DNA of 27,868 nucleotides, from IMG/VR virus record IMGVR_UViG_3300047282_000383, positions 1 to 27,868 of that record; one strand, written 5' to 3'. This DNA is from a virus (taxonomy: Duplodnaviria; Caudoviricetes). This document shows, piece by piece, positions 1-7,623 of this stretch. The notes below the pieces were generated by a model. It was given only the letters and a program-made list of their open reading frames with translations, made no database searches and was not told the origin of the DNA. The stretch's first letter is position 1. Each line of letters begins with the position of its first letter. The translations under genes and the position numbers were made by a program.

Positions 1-3000
1 TGTCGCGCATCTGCGCGAGATACGTGGCTGGTAGGGTTACCTTGACCTCGGCGTCTCCGGAGATGGTAAGGGGGACCATGGATTCCGAGTTGAGCCTCGC
101 GCTTGCCTCGTCGGCGGCATCAAGGATGCCCTGCATCTGCGCATCTGCCCCTAGAGCGCCCTTTCGCGGGGCAAGTTCAGCCTCAAACTCCGATTCGTAG
201 TCCGGAAGTTCGTAGGTCGGCATCCTTCCGACCTTGACGCCGGGCTTTGGGTCGTATGCGCGCAGTTTCTGAAGCTCTTCGCCGGCTCGCTTGAGTTCTT
301 TCTGGATCTTGGCGTCGCTGTGGCCCTCTGGAACAGCCGTGTAGACAACCCCACTGGCCCTTCTCGAGTCAAGGTAGGCGTTTGCGCGGAGAATCCAGTC
401 TTGGATGGCGTTGATCTTAGCGTCTCGCTTGGCAATCAGCTTGCTGATAGCCACTGCCTCGCTGTCTCCGGCCTGAGCAGCGTCAACTTTCCTTAGAAGC
501 TTGCCCTTTGCGCGCTCAACGTTCTTCTGCCCCTTGCCGAGACGCGACTGATAGCGGAATCCGGTGCGATAACTGAATGCGTAGGAGCCTGATCGGTCAA
601 GCGACGTCAGGCTTGTACGGCTGGAGATGGGCCGCAGCGCGTCTTCGAGTCCGAGCATGCCCTGAAGAGGGCTATCGTGGGTTGCAGACAGCGCGTCAGA
701 CGCTGCTGTGATCTGCTCCATCTTGACCTCTGCGCCCTCGCCGCTAGGACTTACGGCAGTTCCGCTCAGTCGCGGCAGGAGATCGATAGAGGCATGGTCG
801 TCCATGCCATCGAAGATGCCGACCTCGTCAACAACCCGCTGCAGATCGTGGATTCCATCCGGGAATTGGATGGCAGTTGCGCCTGCCGCCTTGCCACCGC
901 GCTGTACAGGAGTCAGTTCGACACCCAGGGCGCGGTAAACAGTGGGGGCGCTAGATCGCGTTGCGGCCTGGGGGACCATGCCGAGCTGTGCGGCTGCAAA
1001 CTGGCGGAGCTTTGCGGCCGTCTTTCGGCCCTTGTAATCTGCTGCGCCCCCGAGACGCTCCATGTCAACGCCAAGTCCGGCCATCTCTCCGCCCTTGGAG
1101 GCGAGGCCAAGGAACTCTGGCGACTTGCCGGCCTTGCGTACCAGCGACATAAGCATGCCTCTGGAGGACGGGTCGCCCACTTCGTGCAGCGTGCGCGAAA
1201 GCTCGAGGAGCAGTGCTGCAGCCTCTGCGCGGTTGTCGCCCATTGCGGCCATTCCGCTGGTCTTGGCGTACTCTGTCTCGGTCTGGTTGAAGAACCGGAT
1301 GGCCATGAGAAGGTCGGACATGACCTCGGCCATGGTCTTCTTGTCGGCAACGAACTTGCTGCCGGGCTTGAAGTCGAGTCCCTCCGGCAGGGTGACGCCC
1401 ATCTTCGCTGCCAGTGCGGCGATACGGGCGCCGATAGTTCGCGTTGGATCGATGCCGCTTACGGCCTCGCGGTTCAGGGAGTCGAATCGGAATCCGTAGG
1501 GACCGGTGGCCCCGAGCGCCCGGTGCAACTGCTCACGCGCAACATCCGGCAGACCCTTGAAGTTGATCCTGCTACCCATGGTCGACGACTCTGCGGCCGT
1601 TTCGCGCATGGTGGCGAACTCGTTGAGCAGCCTGGCCGTCTTCTCCTGGGGCTTGATCTCTCCCTCTCCGGCGCCAATCTCTGGCCTCGGCTCGTAGCCG
1701 ATGGTCATCTGTCCGGTCTCAGTGGCTCGCTGGATATCCCCTGTCTGGGTTACCGGTAGAGCGGCACCACCAAGATCCGGCGCCCGGCGCACGCGCCCGG
1801 AGCGCGGAAAATTTTGTTGATTTTTGGGGTCTTGCACCCACGCGATCAAATCCGTTGGTTCCGTTGTTTCCGGCTGATCGCTGGCCTGCTTGGCCCCCTC
1901 CAGCAGAGCCTGAAGGAACGGAGAACCCAGTCCTACACCCTCCCAGCTGCCGGCTGCTTTCGTGAGGTGCACGAGGCCAGATACGTACTGCTCGATTCCT
2001 CCCGCGGCCTGTGCCCTCTTCTGAAGCTCTGCGAGGAGCTTGGGGTGCTGGCGCAGCTTCTCGGCGATGATGCCGGCCATTAGTTCAACCTCTCCCGAGC
2101 CGTTGCGAAGGCTGAGGAAGGCATGCTCTGCCGATGGGTAGGCCACGCCATTGATCACCACCGGATAGCGCTGCTTGATCGTCCCCTTCGACCGGGAGTC
2201 GGTAGCCCATCCCTCCTTCGTGCGAGGGAGGTCGTTCGACCGGTTGGTCAGCGCGGCTAGGAACGCGTCCCGCTTGTTGCCGCTGTAGACGTTATTGTCG
2301 GCGAAGATCTCGGCATCGGTGCGGCTAAAGGTAGGAATTTGTCTATTTTCTGGGGTCACTGCGGTTCCAGGCGTTTTCTTAGGAACGAACCGATCCTTGA
2401 ACTTCAGCTCGCTCTTGATGTCCACCCCATTGCGGTCTCTGAATACCCAGCCCTTTGGGGCAAGGACTGTGGACTTAATCCCTAGTTCGATCGCGGCCAT
2501 GATGCCAGCCTGGTCTGCGCCAGTCTGCCCACCGGACCGGATGGCAACTACGCCTACGCCCTTCTTCCGAAGGAACGCGATATCCTGGGCAATCTCGTCG
2601 GCTAGCGCTTGCGTGGCCGGCATGCCCTCTTGGTACTCTCCGTTGCCGGCAATGTTGATCTCGATCTCTTGGCCGGCAAACCGATCGACAATCAGGGCAA
2701 ACTCACGGACCCTTTGAGCCTCCGTTTTCTGGAACGGGCTAAGCTCAATGATTGTCTTGCCCTCTTCGCTGGCCAGCCTCCTGGTAAGCTTCTCCCCAGC
2801 AGAATCCCCATTGACAGCGTAGGAGATCGTTACATCAGATCCCTGGACGTTTGCCCGCGTTCGAGCCGGGTACCCTGGCTCCTGGCTCTCCTGGAACGAG
2901 ACAAGCTCGAACACGCGGTCACGTAGACGCGCTTCCTCGTCGAGACTAGCCATGTACTCGCTTGCCGCCCTCGTGCCGGACTTTGCGTACTTACCCGTCA

Positions 3001-3361
3001 GGTAGTCGACCGACCAGCGCTCCGTCTCGGAGATCTTTGCCCACTGATCCTGGGTAAGGGTAGCCGGATTGAACTTCGAGACGCTCTTGATCTTGATATA
3101 GGTATTCTCGTTTACCCGGTAGACCCTGCCCTTCTCGTAGCCACGGCCCTGCCGGATGGCGGCCGCAAACTCGTCCTCGCTCCGGAGGGTGGAGGTGCGC
3201 CTACCGGCAGCGATCTCGTCGGCAGTCGTGGCCGTGCGCTCCCCGGTCCAAGCCGGGTCGGCATCATAGCTGAAGCTCATCGGGATAGGCGCTGCCCCCG
3301 GCACAGGGCCGGTCACCTCGTAGGTGATGTAGTACAGGTCTTCTCCGGGACGAAATGGCAT
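1..3361 (-). CDS. Large polyvalent protein (>=1120 aa, 3' end outside window): ASCH-like + permuted SLOG/YpsA-like + NADAR-like + uncharacterised C-terminal region
   Basis: Hand translation from ATG at 3361 (RBS AGGAG upstream) gives no stop down to position 2. Motifs: DEIAAGRRTSTLR; YPARTRANVQGSD..INIAGNG..RSGGQTGADQAG; YPVVINGVAYPSAEHAF..LMAGIIAEKLRQHP..WEGVG. Probably absent from the ORF track because it has no stop in the window. Confidence 0.85.
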   Translation of the reverse strand, partial: MPFRPGEDLYYITYEVTGPVPGAAPIPMSFSYDADPAWTGERTATTADEIAAGRRTSTLRSEDEFAAAIRQGRGYEKGRVYRVNENTYIKIKSVSKFNPATLTQDQWAKISETERWSVDYLTGKYAKSGTRAASEYMASLDEEARLRDRVFELVSFQESQEPGYPARTRANVQGSDVTISYAVNGDSAGEKLTRRLASEEGKTIIELSPFQKTEAQRVREFALIVDRFAGQEIEINIAGNGEYQEGMPATQALADEIAQDIAFLRKKGVGVVAIRSGGQTGADQAGIMAAIELGIKSTVLAPKGWVFRDRNGVDIKSELKFKDRFVPKKTPGTAVTPENRQIPTFSRTDAEIFADNNVYSGNKRDAFLAALTNRSNDLPRTKEGWATDSRSKGTIKQRYPVVINGVAYPSAEHAFLSLRNGSGEVELMAGIIAEKLRQHPKLLAELQKRAQAAGGIEQYVSGLVHLTKAAGSWEGVGLGSPFLQALLEGAKQASDQPETTEPTDLIAWVQDPKNQQNFPRSGRVRRAPDLGGAALPVTQTGDIQRATETGQMTIGYEPRPEIGAGEGEIKPQEKTARLLNEFATMRETAAESSTMGSRINFKGLPDVAREQLHRALGATGPYGFRFDSLNREAVSGIDPTRTIGARIAALAAKMGVTLPEGLDFKPGSKFVADKKTMAEVMSDLLMAIRFFNQTETEYAKTSGMAAMGDNRAEAAALLLELSRTLHEVGDPSSRGMLMSLVRKAGKSPEFLGLASKGGEMAGLGVDMERLGGAADYKGRKTAAKLRQFAAAQLGMVPQAATRSSAPTVYRALGVELTPVQRGGKAAGATAIQFPDGIHDLQRVVDEVGIFDGMDDHASIDLLPRLSGTAVSPSGEGAEVKMEQITAASDALSATHDSPLQGMLGLEDALRPISSRTSLTSLDRSGSYAFSYRTGFRYQSRLGKGQKNVERAKGKLLRKVDAAQAGDSEAVAISKLIAKRDAKINAIQDWILRANAYLDSRRASGVVYTAVPEGHSDAKIQKELKRAGEELQKLRAYDPKPGVKVGRMPTYELPDYESEFEAELAPRKGALGADAQMQGILDAADEASARLNSESMVPLTISGDAEVKVTLPATYLAQMRD

Positions 3362-3623
3362 AGTTCTCCTTAAACCCCTTTATCTTCCAGCCGTTATCCC
3401 TTTGTGGTTTATCCTGTCTAGGAGGAATAACGGCTCTACTATATATGCAGTGAAATCGCCATTTTCTGCAAGTTTTTACATGTTTAAGGTTTCTTTATGC
3501 TTATCAGCGGGGTATACCGGTGTCGGAGCGGCCAGGTAACCCAGATCTGCGGGCTATCGCCAGAAAGCCCGCAGGGGAGAGGCGGTTGCCCGTTGGCAAA
3601 CCGCCGATCATTGATAGTCCCCG

Positions 3624-3640
3624 CGGTTGGATTGGCGTAG
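3624..3640 (+). repeat. 17-nt motif copy 1 (CGGTTGGATTGGCGTAG), putative phage promoter/operator
   Basis: One mismatch to three identical copies at 3677, 4504 and 7302; intergenic. Confidence 0.75.
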
Positions 3641-3676
3641 CCATCCCCGCGAAGGGCTATCATATGAGCAAGCCCG

Positions 3677-3693
3677 CGGTTAGATTGGCGTAG
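3677..3693 (+). repeat. 17-nt motif copy 2 (CGGTTAGATTGGCGTAG)
   Basis: Exact copy, 62 nt before ATG 3756. Confidence 0.8.
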
Positions 3694-3755
3694 ATGCGCC
3701 AGCCGCGGGCGTGCTAGGGTCTGCTTGCGGGGACAAGGGAAAGGAGTATAACACT

Positions 3756-4271
3756 ATGTCCCGTAAAGTAGTTGAGTTCCAGATCGCCACGAAGGCGATC
3801 CTTGATATGCTGGCAGCCGTGCCGAATGGCTGCTGGTTCCTGTTCCAGAATGTCCGCATTCAGGGCGCACAGGCAGACAAGCCTGCCGATTCCAAGATGT
3901 CGGACAAGAAGGAGAAGGGCTATACCTTCATCGGGCAGCCCGATGAGGACGGCGTTATGCTTGACATCGCTGCGACCGTAGAGTCGCCTGCCATCTCGTG
4001 GCGGGTTGACGAGGACGGCAAGCGCATTCAGGGCACGAACTATCCGTCCGTCCTGTTCCGTGGAGATCTTGCCAAGGAAGCCAAGGGTCACGCCAAGGCT
4101 TGGAACACGATCAACGTGTTCGGCAAGATTGAGACAAGCCGCAAGGTCTTGGACAGCGGCAAGTCAGTTGTAAGCACGGTCTTCACCGCTCTGGCAGTCA
4201 CGCCAGGCACGCAGACCGTCAGCAAGCAGTTGGCTTCCGACGTGTCCATTGACCTCACGGTAGGCAAGTAA
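3756..4271 (+). CDS. Putative OB-fold/SSB-like protein
   Basis: RBS AAGGAG at 3741-3746, ATG at 3756. SVLFRGDLAKEAKGHAKAWNTINVFGKIETSR resembles the SSB strand-helix-strand segment. Confidence 0.5.
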   Translation: MSRKVVEFQIATKAILDMLAAVPNGCWFLFQNVRIQGAQADKPADSKMSDKKEKGYTFIGQPDEDGVMLDIAATVESPAISWRVDEDGKRIQGTNYPSVLFRGDLAKEAKGHAKAWNTINVFGKIETSRKVLDSGKSVVSTVFTALAVTPGTQTVSKQLASDVSIDLTVGK

Positions 4272-4292
4272 GGTATACCCGCAGGCAGACCC

Positions 4293-4326
4293 GCCCCTGC
4301 TGGCAGCTCACGCTGCTGGCAGGGGC
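4293..4326 (+). other. 15-bp hairpin with tandem U-G pairs (possible terminator or processing site)
   Basis: GCCCCTGCTGGCAGC-TCAC-GCTGCTGGCAGGGGC just after the 4271 stop. Confidence 0.6.
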
Positions 4327-4503
4327 TATACTATAAAAGCAAACGACCTGCTTGACCCGACGGGGGTCAGGCCATACGTATGTAACAGATCGTATACGGG
4401 GAACAGCCAAGACTTTAGCACGTAGAGGGCTGTGATAAGCAGGGGATATAGGCCTGCGCGCAAGAGCATTACCCCTCTGCTGGCAATATTTGTGCCTGCG
4501 CTG

Positions 4504-4520
4504 CGGTTAGATTGGCGTAG
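4504..4520 (+). repeat. 17-nt motif copy 3 (CGGTTAGATTGGCGTAG)
   Basis: Exact copy, 48 nt before ATG 4569. Confidence 0.8.
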
Positions 4521-4568
4521 GCAGCAGGATAGGCGTGCGCGATGCGTGCGCAGGAAGGAGTGACAAGG

Positions 4569-4868
4569 ATGACAAGCCTATGTCAAGACTGTCTACGGGA
4601 TGAGTACGGCTGCGACTGTATAGAGTTCAAGGATACCTTCCAGTATCCAACGATCTACTACGGCGCACCGGAGGACGTAGACCTTATACAGCTACGTATG
4701 AATAAGAGCGCTATTACACTCTTGATTGTAGCGATGGAAGAACTTAGACACCAGCGTATTGTACGCGGCAGCAAGGAAGGAGGTGTGCTTATCGGCGAAT
4801 GCGATCACGTTATCACGGCATTGAACGCAAACAAAGAAGCAATGGCACGATTCGTGCCAAAGGAGTAA
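4569..4868 (+). CDS. Hypothetical protein with N-terminal Cys cluster (CQDC..CDC)
   Basis: RBS AAGGAG at 4555-4560, ATG at 4569; tightly coupled to the next gene. Confidence 0.65.
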   Translation: MTSLCQDCLRDEYGCDCIEFKDTFQYPTIYYGAPEDVDLIQLRMNKSAITLLIVAMEELRHQRIVRGSKEGGVLIGECDHVITALNANKEAMARFVPKE

Positions 4869-4870
4869 GC

Positions 4871-5131
4871 ATGTCACAGTACACACTGGTAAAGGAGAAC
4901 CCGAAAGATAACCTTCCACTGGAGTATATCTACGGCTTCGACGGCGGCCTCGGTGAGTACTTCCTCACCATTGCTGACCCGAACGCAGAAGATATGTTCC
5001 CCGTGGTAGGCACGTTGGCTAACGTGTATGGCGATAAGTACAATATGCTGTCTGCCTTTGAGGCACTTGGCATCCTGTATGATGTGCCACGCATTCACCG
5101 TGATCTGATTGAACTCGATCTCCCGATCTAG
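4871..5131 (+). CDS. Hypothetical protein
   Basis: RBS AAGGAG, ATG at 4871 (MSQYTLVK...). Confidence 0.7.
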   Translation: MSQYTLVKENPKDNLPLEYIYGFDGGLGEYFLTIADPNAEDMFPVVGTLANVYGDKYNMLSAFEALGILYDVPRIHRDLIELDLPI

Positions 5132-5147
5132 CAATCAGTAAGTACGT

Positions 5148-5181
5148 CCCGGCAGGGCTGGCAAGGGCTGGCCCTGCCGGG
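5148..5181 (+). other. 15-bp hairpin with tandem U-G pairs
   Basis: CCCGGCAGGGCTGGC-AAGG-GCTGGCCCTGCCGGG, intergenic, just before an RBS. Confidence 0.6.
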
Positions 5182-5198
5182 CAAGAAAGGAGCAAGCA

Positions 5199-5729
5199 AT
5201 GGGTTACGATATTGTAACAATGCGAGCAGACAAGGCCAAGGCAGAAGCCTTTGCCAAGAAGTACGAATACTTCTATCTTTTCAACAAGGATACCGGAGAA
5301 TTCGACGGAGGCGACACGGTGTATTTCCGCTCCAATATCTGGGGTATGGGTACTATCCGTAACACCATGCACTATTTGTTCTACACGATTGACGTGACTG
5401 GCAGCGATTATGAGACGTTCATGTCCGCAATCAGTTGGAACAATGGTGATATCGTCAGCAAGGATATGCTTGACAGCATCCTTGCCAAGCTTGAAAAGGC
5501 CAAGGGCAACATGTCACTTGAAGATTACATGCGCCCACTGGTTGGCTATTCAGTCAGGGAATCGTGGGATGACGAGCGTGACGGGAAAGTATCTTCCTAC
5601 GATGGCAGGATTGTAACAACCAAGCCTTACACAGTAGAGGAGAAGATTGATGACTCACTCCCGTTGGTTATGGAATGGCTTGATTATCTGTATATTTCTC
5701 GGGATCTTGACGGATTCCAAGTTTGGTAA
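5199..5729 (+). CDS. Hypothetical protein
   Basis: RBS AAAGGAG; 176-aa ORF in the operon. Confidence 0.75.
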   Translation: MGYDIVTMRADKAKAEAFAKKYEYFYLFNKDTGEFDGGDTVYFRSNIWGMGTIRNTMHYLFYTIDVTGSDYETFMSAISWNNGDIVSKDMLDSILAKLEKAKGNMSLEDYMRPLVGYSVRESWDDERDGKVSSYDGRIVTTKPYTVEEKIDDSLPLVMEWLDYLYISRDLDGFQVW

Positions 5730-5740
5730 GGAGGCATAAG

Positions 5741-6220
5741 ATGAAGAAGAAGAATGTACCTATGGACTATACCAAGTATGAGTTCACTATCGTACGCAAG
5801 GAACTGGACGTTAACACCTGGCAGGTGACCCGACCGGCAGAAGCTTACAACTTCTTCCGTCAGTTCGCCAAGGATCAGACCAAGGAGTCGCTCTTCGTGC
5901 TGGTGCTTGACGGACGTAACAATCTGCTTGGCATTCAGGAAGTATACCGTGGCACTGCGACGGGGACGAGCGTAAGGGTAGCGGAGATTCTCTTCCCTAT
6001 CCTGATCAACTCCGGCGTTGCCGCAGTGCTTGTACACAATCATCCGAGTGGTGATCCGGAGATCTCCAACGAAGATGCCAAGCTCACGCTTGACGTGATT
6101 CAGGCTTGCTCGCTGATGGACATTACGCTGCTTGACCATCTGGTCATTGGACGTGATGACTTCAGGAGCATTCGTTCACAGACGCCAGGTATGTGGGAAG
6201 GGAGCGAAGACAATGTTTAG
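5741..6220 (+). CDS. RadC-like JAB/MPN domain protein (JAB domain only)
   Basis: KESLFVLVLDGRN, HNHPSGDPEISNED, LLDHLVIG motifs; RBS AAGGAGG; ATG at 5741. Confidence 0.92.
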   Translation: MKKKNVPMDYTKYEFTIVRKELDVNTWQVTRPAEAYNFFRQFAKDQTKESLFVLVLDGRNNLLGIQEVYRGTATGTSVRVAEILFPILINSGVAAVLVHNHPSGDPEISNEDAKLTLDVIQACSLMDITLLDHLVIGRDDFRSIRSQTPGMWEGSEDNV

Positions 6221-6455
6221 CAAGGAGGTAATACTTGATGACTATCTAAGTCACGGTGTATATCCACCCGTGCCACGAGCGGATCGTCCGTTCGTGGTAC
6301 GGGCTATCGAGATGGCCAATGATGGAGACATCAACGGACAGATCGTACTTGATGGCGCTCGCCTTTGTAACGCAGTCACAGGCGAGGCGGTCACGCCATT
6401 CGACGTGATCGCAGCATTGAATCTGTGGGACTTTCTAGATGAGGAGGCAGTATGA
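6213..6455 (+). CDS. Hypothetical protein
   Basis: ATG at 6213 overlapping the upstream gene end; GGGAG RBS. Confidence 0.65.
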   Translation: MFSKEVILDDYLSHGVYPPVPRADRPFVVRAIEMANDGDINGQIVLDGARLCNAVTGEAVTPFDVIAALNLWDFLDEEAV

Positions 6456-6835
6456 ATCACGAGTTGCTTGGAGTTCTTACCAACACTAGTGCGGTGGATT
6501 ACATTGACGGAGACGGCCATACGTTGTGGAAGCCTGATGCGCTTGTTGCGGCGGGGTTCCCCGTTGACTTCATCCGGCAGCTGACATTCACGCATGAGTC
6601 AGATTTCAGCAACCCTAAGTATGTGATCTTTGACAAGAACGGAATGCCGGTAGAGTTCATGGAAGCAGTCGCCGCCCTGTCTCTGCACTACGCCGTTGCC
6701 GAGCAGCTAGACCTGAAGGGCGGTGTCGACTACGACAACTCGTTCGGTGGTCGTGGTACGCAGGCAAGGGAGATTGCTCGTGCAATCAAGGTAGTAATCG
6801 ACAAGGCAAAGGAGACATCCAATGACGGAGAATAA
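6452..6835 (+). CDS. Hypothetical protein
   Basis: ATGA overlap; RBS GAGGAGG. Confidence 0.75.
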   Translation: MNHELLGVLTNTSAVDYIDGDGHTLWKPDALVAAGFPVDFIRQLTFTHESDFSNPKYVIFDKNGMPVEFMEAVAALSLHYAVAEQLDLKGGVDYDNSFGGRGTQAREIARAIKVVIDKAKETSNDGE

Positions 6836-7019
6836 ATGGTTTGCTGTGTCGATCAGGGTCGACACATTACAAGAAGCATTGGAGATCGCACACAAGTTGG
6901 ACGAATCGTACCCAAACAAGATTGCCATTGACGCACAAGAGTGGAAGGACTACGGCTGTCCGGAATGTGGCAATGAATACGGAGTCGTGAAGGAGGTTCA
7001 AGATGTGCAAGGAGTATAA
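6822..7019 (+). CDS. Hypothetical protein with CPEC motif
   Basis: RBS AAGGAG; operon continuity. Confidence 0.6.
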   Translation: MTENKWFAVSIRVDTLQEALEIAHKLDESYPNKIAIDAQEWKDYGCPECGNEYGVVKEVQDVQGV

Positions 7020-7290
7020 CGGCTGGACTAACTGGGAAACCTGGGTCACCAAGCTGTGGCTCGACAACGACGAGTATACATACTCGATGGTTGTCAAAAT
7101 GGTTGATGATGCGAAGAAAGACGACGGGGATGGCATACTTCCTGACGACTTGGAAGAGTTCGTGTGGGAAGTATTCGACCAGCACGACGTCAACAAAAGT
7201 GGTGGCCTGTTCGCAGACTTCATCAACTCAAGCATGCGCACAGTGGATTGGCAAGCAATTGCTGATGCATACAACCAAGATGGTTACTAA
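7003..7290 (+). CDS. Conserved-type phage hypothetical protein (YNGWTNWETW N-terminus), acidic
   Basis: RBS AAGGAGG; the YNGWxNxETW...VDWxxIA pattern recalls small phage proteins of unknown function. Confidence 0.75.
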   Translation: MCKEYNGWTNWETWVTKLWLDNDEYTYSMVVKMVDDAKKDDGDGILPDDLEEFVWEVFDQHDVNKSGGLFADFINSSMRTVDWQAIADAYNQDGY

Positions 7291-7301
7291 TGCACACGCC
7301 T

Positions 7302-7318
7302 CGGTTAGATTGGCGTAG
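7302..7318 (+). repeat. 17-nt motif copy 4 (CGGTTAGATTGGCGTAG)
   Basis: Exact copy in a 72-nt intergenic gap, 44 nt before ATG 7363. Confidence 0.8.
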
Positions 7319-7362
7319 CGTCACTGTCACCGTGTGTGGTGGCGAGCGCAGAAAGGAGAGTC

Positions 7363-7623
7363 ATGGTACTTACGAAGAGTGACAAGTTCGGTGATCTTAG
7401 TTGGCGGATAGTCGTTGATGATCTGACCAACAACCGTAGGTCATATGCCTATTACGGCGGCACTCTCATTGAGGTGCTTCACGATGGCGTTGCAGTAGAT
7501 CTCATCAACATCTGGAATGCAGGGAAAGGAGGTATGAAAGTTGAGACGATGACAGACCTGCTAGAAGTAATCAACGCATGGTTGGAAGGAGACTACAGTG
7601 TCGGATCTTCGGATCGTTCCTAA
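7363..7623 (+). CDS. Hypothetical protein
   Basis: RBS AAAGGAG, ATG at 7363. Confidence 0.7.
   Translation: MVLTKSDKFGDLSWRIVVDDLTNNRRSYAYYGGTLIEVLHDGVAVDLINIWNAGKGGMKVETMTDLLEVINAWLEGDYSVGSSDRS

Larger units (their letters stand above)
3362..3755. promoter_or_regulatory. Divergent control region: AT-rich segment followed by serial hairpins
   Basis: Non-coding gap between divergent ATGs (3361 -, 3756 +). AT-rich at about 3436-3505. Inverted repeats at 3389-3397/3427-3435, 3547-3574, 3581-3605, 3612-3662, 3672-3710. Confidence 0.6.

Noticed and set aside
677-2926. Plus-strand ORFs 677-1759, 1814-2083, 2295-2717, 2609-2926 and others
   Set aside because: Antisense shadows of the long minus-strand gene 3361 to <1; implausible composition and no recognisable motifs.
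3436-3505. Specific sigma70 promoter calls in the AT-rich divergent region
   Set aside because: The best candidate (TTTACA-N15-TATGCT) has poor spacing, so only a general control region is reported.
3633-3644. N4-type C-GTA-G triloop hairpin promoter
   Set aside because: The TGGC-GTA-GCCA stem forms only in copy 1. The orientation would also imply leftward transcription, away from the adjacent genes for copies 3 and 4.
3624-7318. 17-nt repeats as a CRISPR array
   Set aside because: Start-to-start spacings of 53, 827 and 2798 nt with genes in between; repeat too short; no cas operon.
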